Shown here piece by piece: positions 28,308-35,363 of a stretch of 56,562 nucleotides of DNA (position 1 is the stretch's first letter; the number at the start of each line of letters is the position of its first letter). Source of the stretch: an uncultured Verrucomicrobiota bacterium (GTDB taxonomy: Bacteria; Verrucomicrobiota; Verrucomicrobiia; Limisphaerales; J093); contig CAYNCT010000004.1 of the NCBI GenBank assembly GCA_964396005.1, positions 1 through 56,562 on the forward strand. The letters are read 5' to 3'. The notes under the pieces are model-generated. The model was not told where the DNA came from and ran no database searches. It saw nothing but the letters and a program-made list of their open reading frames with translations. The position numbers and the translations under genes are program-made.

Positions 28308-29849
28308 TCACGACCGGCCCGGCCGGGACTGGGCCCGGCCTTTCCCCGGCGGGATGAATCCCACGCGCCACCGGGCACCATTCGGGCCAGACTCATACTT
28401 CAGCAATCCGAACAGCAGCGAGCACTTTCTAGCCTGCCCGGCCGACTCGGCGCGGTAGAGATTCCACAGCAAGGACTGGCTGGCCGCGCCGGTCGCCAGG
28501 TTTCGTTCCGAGCGCCAGACCGACCAGAGCGGCGACCAGGAGCGCCTCACCCCGTCGCTTTCCGGCAGGAACGGTTCCAGCAGGGCCAGCACCTGCAGCC
28601 GCTCGCGGCCCTCGTAGTCCCGGCGGGCAGTGAACAGGGGCCACAAATCCGTCCGTCGCCGCTCGCGCCCGTCGTGCTTGTCCCGCTGCCGCACGTCGGT
28701 GTAGAGGAACAAGAGAACGGAAGTCCGATCCAGGGCCACGCGTTGGTTCTCGCGGTGTTTCGTTCGGAACAGCGGCCAGAGCACCAGCGTGTTCGAGTCG
28801 TCCCGATCCCGCAGCGAACTGAACAGGGGGAACACGCGGTCCAACCGCCGGTCGGGGCCGCGACCGAACGCAACCAGTGGCCAGGCCACGCCGGTCTCGC
28901 GGTAGTCGCGCGTATGGTCCGCGAGGATCGAGACGCCCAACGGCCAGAGGTAACTGTGACGCTCCTGTTGCGGCGATTGTTGGCGCGCCCACAACGGCAA
29001 GAAGGCATCGAATGTGCCCTGATTCGTCGTGCCCACGTCCAGACGCTGCCGCCAGTAAACGGGAAACAGCGCGAACTGTTTCTCATAGCCTCCCACCAGC
29101 TCCACGCTGCCGGCCCCGTCAGTGCGCGTGAGGGCCTCGCGTCGTTCGGTGCCGTAAAAAGGCCAGACCTGCCAGCCGCTGGCCCCGCCATCCCGGACAT
29201 GCACCAGGGGCGCCAGGTAATTGCGCGTGTGGACATCACGCTTCCAGGTCTCGACGTACAACGGCCACATGACCCATCGGACTTCATCGCGGAACAACCG
29301 GTTTTTCACCCGGCCGTAAATCGGCAGCAGGCCGGTGTAGTTCAGGGCGGGGTCTTGGGCCCGCTGCTGGAAATAGAAGGGAAACAGCGTGAAGCGCAGC
29401 ACGTCGTCACCCGCCTGGTTGGGACCGCCCCGGATCGCAAACAATTGCACGATCTGGAAGCTCCGCTGCTCGCCATACCGATGATACGTCACCAGTGGGT
29501 AGAACACATGGATCGCGGTGCCGTCCGCGTCGTACTCCCAGTGCTGCGAAAAGAACGGGGCGAAGCTGACCGTGGCGGCCCGGGCCTGGATCGCGGTCAA
29601 ACCGGGCGGCGGCGCCAGGGGGTCGGCCACCCCGGCCTCGAGCGCAGACCGGCGGTCCCAGATCGTTTCTCGGGCCCAGAACGGGCCAAACCCCTCGGCG
29701 CGTTCGCCGGGCTCAAGCGTCAGCCGGAAACGCTGCCACAGCGGACCGGCCGCGACGTAGCCGCCTTCCTCGGCACCTGCGGAAAACGCCAGCGCGGTCC
29801 ACGCGAGGGCAAGGACGAGCGGTTTGATACTGGAAGGAAGCTCCGACAT
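28308..29849 (-). CDS. Secreted aromatic-Pro repeat protein of unknown function, first gene of the mla operon
   Basis: Signal peptide followed by about 20 repeats of a hydrophobic-P-[LF]-aromatic motif (LFPFY, LLPIY, MWPLY, VWPFY, LFPVY, LWPLG, AWPLV, VFPLF, LWPLF). Ends 29 nt before mlaE. Confidence 0.8.
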   Translation of the reverse strand: MSELPSSIKPLVLALAWTALAFSAGAEEGGYVAAGPLWQRFRLTLEPGERAEGFGPFWARETIWDRRSALEAGVADPLAPPPGLTAIQARAATVSFAPFFSQHWEYDADGTAIHVFYPLVTYHRYGEQRSFQIVQLFAIRGGPNQAGDDVLRFTLFPFYFQQRAQDPALNYTGLLPIYGRVKNRLFRDEVRWVMWPLYVETWKRDVHTRNYLAPLVHVRDGGASGWQVWPFYGTERREALTRTDGAGSVELVGGYEKQFALFPVYWRQRLDVGTTNQGTFDAFLPLWARQQSPQQERHSYLWPLGVSILADHTRDYRETGVAWPLVAFGRGPDRRLDRVFPLFSSLRDRDDSNTLVLWPLFRTKHRENQRVALDRTSVLLFLYTDVRQRDKHDGRERRRTDLWPLFTARRDYEGRERLQVLALLEPFLPESDGVRRSWSPLWSVWRSERNLATGAASQSLLWNLYRAESAGQARKCSLLFGLLKYESGPNGARWRVGFIPPGKGRAQSRPGRS

Positions 29850-29927
29850 GGACCCGCGGGCGGGCGGCATCGTAGGTGCGAGCCTCCCGGGGTCAAGCTT
29901 CACGCCCACCGGCCGCTGAAGCGGTCG

Positions 29928-30344
29928 TTACGACGCAGGCCGCGCGGCGGCCTGTTTTAGCTCGCGCTCGCAGAGGCGCAGGTTTACCGCAAACGCCACC
30001 TGCCGGGCCAGCAGCCGGTTGCGCCGCTCCACTTTCATCCGCACCTGACACCCGTTGGCACCCGGCACTCCCGCCAGCCACTTCATGCTCCGCACCGTCA
30101 GGAGCAGGCGCGTCACAAACCAGTTGCTCTGCAGCTTGAGGTCCACCACGTCGGCCCAGGGAATGGTCACGTCTTGGACGCCCCCTTTGAGCATGTTCAG
30201 AAAACCGTCGCGTCCCTGAAACTCGAGCACCAACCCCTCCGCGGTCACTCGCAACGCGCCGTGGCAGTCGGCCATCCCGGCATAAGCGTCGAGCAACTGG
30301 ACCGGCACCGACTGCTCGGACTGATTGGCGATCGCGTCGCTCAT
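29928..30344 (-). CDS. Small hypothetical protein, possibly bacterial PH-like domain
   Basis: GALRVTAEGLVLEF...VTIPWADVVDLKLQSNWFVTRLLL resembles PH-like beta proteins. Start ATG 30344. Confidence 0.6.
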   Translation of the reverse strand: MSDAIANQSEQSVPVQLLDAYAGMADCHGALRVTAEGLVLEFQGRDGFLNMLKGGVQDVTIPWADVVDLKLQSNWFVTRLLLTVRSMKWLAGVPGANGCQVRMKVERRNRLLARQVAFAVNLRLCERELKQAAARPAS

Positions 30345-30508
30345 GCGCCGGAGGATGCGGGCGCCCCGGGCGAAGCTCAAGCGATGCCTGCACTTCGCCG
30401 GAGCCCGGGCAACATCCGCTTGGCCGCCGGCAGCCAACGGGAGCACCGGCCACCAAACCGGCAGGCGCACCAACGGCCTTTTCGCCGCCATCCCGAGGGT
30501 TTGCCGAC

Positions 30509-30967
30509 TTACGGCCCCAGCCGCAGCCGGTAAAAGGCTGCGGCGGCCCCGCGGGGAAGCGTCACCCGCAAGGTGTCGCCCACCGGCGCTGGGTTGACGG
30601 GAACCGCCTGCCAGGCCGCTGGGTCGCCCAGCGAACCCGCCTCCTCCACCACCACTGCCCCCAGCGCTGCCGGCCAGGCGAGCACAAGGTCAGACCCCGC
30701 CAGACCCGCTGACAACATGGGCGGCACGGGCGGCAGCGTGGCCCACGGCCCCGGCCAGAAGCCGGTCTGCAGCACGTAGCCCCCGCCCACCGCAGTCCCG
30801 GCCTCCGGCTGGCCCACGGTGATGTCGGCCGCGTAGCCGCCGCCGCTGATGGTTCCGCCACCGCCATCAATCGTTATCCATTGCAGCTCGTACGCCCGAG
30901 CGTCGGAAATGGCCGCGCTCAGCAGGGCCGCGAGGACCGCCAGTTGAATGGTACGCATGGTTCTCAT
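30509..30967 (-). CDS. Small secreted protein with Gly-rich hairpin and FYRL-type C-terminal domain
   Basis: Signal peptide; WITIDGGGGTISGGGYAADITVGQPEAG...GGGYVLQTGFW; C-terminus LVLAWP...W...FYRLRLGP. ATGA overlap with the upstream gene. Confidence 0.8.
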   Translation of the reverse strand: MRTMRTIQLAVLAALLSAAISDARAYELQWITIDGGGGTISGGGYAADITVGQPEAGTAVGGGYVLQTGFWPGPWATLPPVPPMLSAGLAGSDLVLAWPAALGAVVVEEAGSLGDPAAWQAVPVNPAPVGDTLRVTLPRGAAAAFYRLRLGP

Positions 30968-32799
30968 GGCGTGGGCGGGAAAAAGCTGCCCCACATCGTT
31001 TCCGCCGTATGCACTCGCGCGACCCATCGCACGGAGTCCGGGGTCGCCGCGCTGTGGACCTCAATTTGAAGGGAATCCCCAACCGCCTGCAGTCGCACCT
31101 GCCAGGCCGGATCGTCCTCACCCAGTTCTACCACCGAGGGCGTGCCGACAAAGGTAGCCGGGCCGCCCCCGACACGTTTGATGACGCCACGCGCGGCGTA
31201 ACCCCCGGAGATTTGAAAGTTAGGGGGCAGGCCCTGACTCCGGCCGACGACCAGAAGATCGAACGTAACCGTCTGATCCCCGCCCAAACGCAGCGGCGCG
31301 CCCAAACCATCCAGCGAAAGGACAGTTCCCGAGGCACCCGGTCCGGTCTGCCCGCGCAGTACATAGACCGAGGTCTGGGCATCGCCGAGGTCCCCGAAGT
31401 TCCCGGCTGATTGAGCCATCTGCCCATGCTGGGTGGCGAGGGCCTGTGTTCCGCCGGGAATGATCGAGTACGCACCGAGCGCCTGGTTCGCCGCACCACC
31501 CGCCACTGTGGAGTTGGGCCCGTGAGCCCAATTTCCCCCGCCTCCGCCCACGGTGGCCCCGAAAGACTGCGCCCAGTTTTCGGTCCCGCCGCTCACGGTG
31601 GCATAGTCCAAATGCGCCCGGTTCCCAGCACCGCCGCTCACCGTGGTGCCCGGACCAAAGGCCTCGTTGCCCTGCCCGCCGCCGACCGTCGCCGCGTCCA
31701 CGAGCGCGCGGTTGGAATCACCGCCCCCGACGGTAGCCGCAATGCCATTGGCCAGGTTGGCAGATCCGCCGCCGACCACGGCATAGGCGCCTTCTGCCTG
31801 GTTGCTCGCGCCACCGGCCACCGTGGTCGCGGTGGCCCGAGCGAGGTTTTGGACTCCGCCGCTCACCACGGCGTACCCGTTGGTCGCCGCGTTACTCGCG
31901 CCGCCGGCCACCACCGCGGCCCCGCCGCTCACGTAGTTGCTCAACCCGCCGCCGATGAAGGCATGGTTCGCGTTGCTGATCACATTGGGGTTGGCGGCTG
32001 CACCACCGCCCGCGATTACGGCGCCCGCGGAGCCGAGGATGGCGTTTGCCTCATGACCTCCGATCAGGTTGGGCCCGACCGCACGCGGCTCAATGAGCAG
32101 GGCCCGTTGGTTGAACACGCGCACTTCCAGCGGCTGGGCATCCGTGGTGCCGAGAAAGTTGGTCGGCCCCGTGCCCGCGTTGCCGCTCAGCAACCACGCC
32201 GGCGGACTGACCGCGAACTTACCGCCGCTCAGCGAAACGAGGCCGCTGCCCGTTAAAGGCAGCGCCAACGCCGAGGCCGAAAGCACGGCCCCGGGGGCCA
32301 GGCTGGCCGCCAAAGCTGCGTGAATGGCTGTGGGCGCTGCGGTGATCTGGATCGCCGGCCCCAGGGTGACGAAGCCCGGCGGCGGGGCGGCCAGGCCGAC
32401 GCGGCCGGCTCCATGCGCCGCCGCAGTCGTTTCGCCCCCCGGCGACGGCCGGACCGAAATCTCGAGCCATCGCTCCGCGCTGCTGAAGCCGTCCGGGCCG
32501 GTGTAAAAAACGTCGAAGAACGGCTCCCACCGGAAGTTCACCGGCACCGTGAACAGACCGTCGCGCACGGCCACGTGCGGCTCGATGACCTCGGCCAGTT
32601 TCGCCCCGTCGGGGCCGCCCGTGAGGAGGAAGTAAAAATCGTGCGGTCCATTGACCGCCCGCCCCTCGTGGGTCAGCCGCCCCTGCACGGTCACCGGAAT
32701 TTCTTGGGCCGCGAGGCTCGCGACCGTCGTCAGAGTCAGCAGGCCGTGGAGCAACCGGCGCCCGGTCCGGCTGGTCTTGAAGTGCATGGTCGTTTTCAT
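30964..32799 (-). CDS. Secreted tail-fibre/adhesin-like protein with 15-residue beta-roll repeats
   Basis: Signal peptide; N-domain VQGRL...FTVPVNF...WLEISVR; about 12 tandem 15-aa repeats (e.g. NGYAVVSGGVQNLAR, GIAATVGGGDSNRAL); C-domain ending VRWVARVHTAE. Confidence 0.8.
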   Translation of the reverse strand: MKTTMHFKTSRTGRRLLHGLLTLTTVASLAAQEIPVTVQGRLTHEGRAVNGPHDFYFLLTGGPDGAKLAEVIEPHVAVRDGLFTVPVNFRWEPFFDVFYTGPDGFSSAERWLEISVRPSPGGETTAAAHGAGRVGLAAPPPGFVTLGPAIQITAAPTAIHAALAASLAPGAVLSASALALPLTGSGLVSLSGGKFAVSPPAWLLSGNAGTGPTNFLGTTDAQPLEVRVFNQRALLIEPRAVGPNLIGGHEANAILGSAGAVIAGGGAAANPNVISNANHAFIGGGLSNYVSGGAAVVAGGASNAATNGYAVVSGGVQNLARATATTVAGGASNQAEGAYAVVGGGSANLANGIAATVGGGDSNRALVDAATVGGGQGNEAFGPGTTVSGGAGNRAHLDYATVSGGTENWAQSFGATVGGGGGNWAHGPNSTVAGGAANQALGAYSIIPGGTQALATQHGQMAQSAGNFGDLGDAQTSVYVLRGQTGPGASGTVLSLDGLGAPLRLGGDQTVTFDLLVVGRSQGLPPNFQISGGYAARGVIKRVGGGPATFVGTPSVVELGEDDPAWQVRLQAVGDSLQIEVHSAATPDSVRWVARVHTAETMWGSFFPPTP

Positions 32800-32895
32800 G
32801 GTTTGGTTCTGTTTTTCGGTTTGGTCGCCCCCGCCCGACTCCGAGCAAGGGAAAAGCCTCGGCTTCACGGCTAACACGCTCGTTCAGCAGAGGAA

Positions 32896-32933
32896 TTGAC
32901 GTAGGTCATAAGTCTTGACTGCGGCAGGTCAAG
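32896..32933. promoter_or_regulatory. Two TTGAC/GTCA dyads in a divergent intergenic region
   Basis: TTGAC-GTAG-GTCAT (32896-32909) and CTTGAC-N8-GTCAAG (32914-32933). Confidence 0.35.
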
Positions 32934-32991
32934 CTCGAAACGGGCTCACTTCGCCCTTCCTTCGCGCCGACTCGCACCGCACGCTCCCGGC

Positions 32992-33561
32992 ATGGCGACG
33001 CCGCGCACACGCACCGTGGGAGACGCCCTCGAGGCGACCGCGTACCTCCTCGCGCCCGTCCTGCTGCTGGGCGTGCTGGGGCGCATCGAACCCGGGATTA
33101 ACCAGTTCGGGATCCGGCCCCGGGAGTGGAGCGGGCTGATTGGGGTGATTTGCAGCCCCTTCCTGCACACCAACATGGCCCATCTCACGGCCAACGCGGT
33201 GCCGCTGTTTGTGCTGCTGATGCTCCTGTTTTGGGATCCCCACTACTTCCCGCGCCGCACGCTGCTGCTCATCTGGTTCGCCAGCGGCCTGGGCACCTGG
33301 CTCATCGGTCGTGGCGGCGTGGTCCATATCGGCGCCAGCTCGATCGTGTACGGCTTGATCGCCTACCTGGTGTTTGCGGGCATCCTGATGCGGCGGTTCG
33401 ACTCGATGCTCATCGGCCTCGGGGTGTTCCTGATGTACGGCGGCGGCATCTTCGCGGGCGTCGTCCCGCAAGGCGGCAACGTCTCCTGGGAGGGGCATCT
33501 CTGCGGGGCGGTTGCGGGCGTCTGGGTGGCCTTCAACAACCACGACCGAAAGCGGAAATAA
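32992..33561 (+). CDS. Rhomboid family intramembrane serine protease (second copy)
   Basis: SPFLHTNMAHLTAN, HIGASSIVYG, SWEGHLCG. Confidence 0.88.
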   Translation: MATPRTRTVGDALEATAYLLAPVLLLGVLGRIEPGINQFGIRPREWSGLIGVICSPFLHTNMAHLTANAVPLFVLLMLLFWDPHYFPRRTLLLIWFASGLGTWLIGRGGVVHIGASSIVYGLIAYLVFAGILMRRFDSMLIGLGVFLMYGGGIFAGVVPQGGNVSWEGHLCGAVAGVWVAFNNHDRKRK

Positions 33562-33636
33562 GAGCAGCCCCGGGTCGTCCCGAGCTCCGGCACTGCGGCA
33601 AAGCGGTGGTCATCGCGCGGCCCGGCGGGCGCGTCG

Positions 33637-34935
33637 CTACTGCGGCCGAAACGCTTCGACGAACTTCATCAGCGCCCGCAGGTCGTGGTAGGCCCCTTTC
33701 CAACTGTGCGCCAGCGCGGTGCGCCGGGGCTGGCCCGATTCACTCACGGTGTCGAGCCAGACGCCGGTCCCGGGGTCAATCTGGTGCGCGTTCAGGAAGG
33801 CGATGAGTTTCTGCAACGCCGCTTCGTCTTCCGGGCTCGCACGATGCCGCAAGCTGTCGGTCAAGGCCGCCATCATCTCGGATTGCACCCACCAGACCTT
33901 GTCGCGATCGGTGGCGGGCTGATCGCCGAAGCCCCGGTTGTAGAGCCCGCCCCGTTCCGCGTCCCAACCGAAGCGGCGCGCGTGGCGCAGCACGGCGTGG
34001 AAATGGTCCCACGCGGGCGGCACGCCCAGAGCCTCTTGCGCGCGGATCAACAACCAGGCGAACTCGACGTTGTGCCCGTACGACAAGCCGGCGCTGCGGG
34101 CATCGGCGACTTCGCGCCAATCCGGCTGGCGATGGAAGGCCGACTTGCCCGGGTCGGGAGGGTAGAAATACGTGGCATTGATCCGAATGGCCTCCGCGAG
34201 GGACCGGCCCACCTCGGAATCTTTGGTGACGTCGTACAACTCAGCGAGCGCCTCCATCCAGTGGAGGTGGGCGTTGGCGCTCTTGAGACCGGCCACCTCG
34301 ACCTCGATGCGGTCGTCCTGCGCGGTAATGAGGCGCCAGTCGCGGGTGTAGTGCTCCCCCCAACCGCCATGCGCGGGGTCGTGGCAGTGACGCTGGATGT
34401 CGCGATACAGCTCCCGCGCGCGCGCCAGCGGTGCGTCATCGCCGCTGGCCCGGTGGAATTCGACAAAGGCGTACACGACGAACGCGTTCCCATACAGCAG
34501 CTTGCGGTCGGAGAGCGGTTTTCCGGCGAGATCGGTCTTCCAGAAATACCCACCTTGGTCGGCGTCGCGCAGGTGGCTGACCAGGAAGTCGAAGCCCTGA
34601 CGCGCGGCTTTCAAGTAATCGCGCCGCGCATCCCGATAGCCCTTGAGATGCGCGTGCGCGAAGGCCCAGACCATGCGCGCCTGAGTGACGATCTGCTTCT
34701 CGCTCGCCGGCGGAACCTTGGCCGCCGCATCGGCTGACAGCACATAACCGCCGCGCTCCCAATCCACCGCCGTGTCGTACCAGTACGGCAGGATCTTCGA
34801 ACGGATCTGCTCGTCAAAGCGGCGGGCGTGGTCGGCGAGGGTGGCGCCGTGGAGCGACTGGAACCCTGCCGTCAGGCAGGCGCCAACCAGCGCCAGCCCA
34901 CGGGCGACTCCGAACGAGATTGGGCGAGACTTCAT
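33637..34935 (-). CDS. AGE family epimerase/isomerase (cellobiose 2-epimerase-like) with signal peptide
   Basis: KQIVTQARMVW, NAHLHWMEA, SYGHNVEFAWL, KVWWVQSE, WKGAYH. Start ATG 34935. Confidence 0.92.
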   Translation of the reverse strand: MKSRPISFGVARGLALVGACLTAGFQSLHGATLADHARRFDEQIRSKILPYWYDTAVDWERGGYVLSADAAAKVPPASEKQIVTQARMVWAFAHAHLKGYRDARRDYLKAARQGFDFLVSHLRDADQGGYFWKTDLAGKPLSDRKLLYGNAFVVYAFVEFHRASGDDAPLARARELYRDIQRHCHDPAHGGWGEHYTRDWRLITAQDDRIEVEVAGLKSANAHLHWMEALAELYDVTKDSEVGRSLAEAIRINATYFYPPDPGKSAFHRQPDWREVADARSAGLSYGHNVEFAWLLIRAQEALGVPPAWDHFHAVLRHARRFGWDAERGGLYNRGFGDQPATDRDKVWWVQSEMMAALTDSLRHRASPEDEAALQKLIAFLNAHQIDPGTGVWLDTVSESGQPRRTALAHSWKGAYHDLRALMKFVEAFRPQ

Positions 34936-34942
34936 GCCGGCA

Positions 34943-34972
34943 AGAGTAACGGACACGCGGTGTCCAGCTCAA
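34943..34972 (-). promoter_or_regulatory. Probably leaderless promoter with a dyad in the spacer
   Basis: TTGAGC-N18-TACTCT-N7-ATG. The spacer holds GGACAC-N3-GTGTCC (34951-34965). Confidence 0.5.
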
Positions 34973-35127
34973 GGTCGGGGGCCGCAAGCGCGCGTGCCCC
35001 GTCGGGCCAGCTGCAAACAGAGCCATGTCCATCACGAGGCCAGGTCGGTTGGAGGTTCCCCCACCGGACCTGGGGAAAGGAAAACCCCGCCGGCGGCGGC
35101 ACGCGCTCGACCGGCGGGGAACCCCAG

Positions 35128-35318
35128 CCGGAACGATTCAATTGAATGCCGGCTGGCCCGTGCCACCGGCCGGTTCGGTCGGGCCACCCGGCCGGCCGTC
35201 AAACGCAGGAGGCTGCCACTGAAGGGTGTGGTGTTTCCGTGCGCACGGCTGGGCGGCAAGTAGCCACCCAGAACGGCCGAGTTGGCCGTTCCACCCAGGA
35301 TCTACTGCATCGTTCCGG
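35128..35318. mobile_element. ~190-bp MITE/REPIN-like dispersed element, copy 1
   Basis: Outer inverted repeat CCGGAACGAT...ATCGTTCCGG. The 146-bp core (35151-35296) aligns without gaps to copies 2 and 3 (27 mismatches to copy 3 by hand count). Confidence 0.8.
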
Positions 35319-35321
35319 ATT

Positions 35322-35354
35322 CCGCGCCGGCGGGTCGCTGACCCGCCGGCGCGG
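35322..35354. terminator. Perfect 15-bp hairpin just after the PA14-gene stop
   Basis: CCGCGCCGGCGGGTC-gct-GACCCGCCGGCGCGG; no U-tract on either side. Confidence 0.55.
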
Positions 35355-35363
35355 TGACGGCAA

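Noticed and set aside
30964-32799. Prophage or classical trimeric autotransporter
   Set aside because: There are no capsid, terminase or integrase genes, and no C-terminal YadA-type membrane anchor. The protein has a Sec-type signal peptide.
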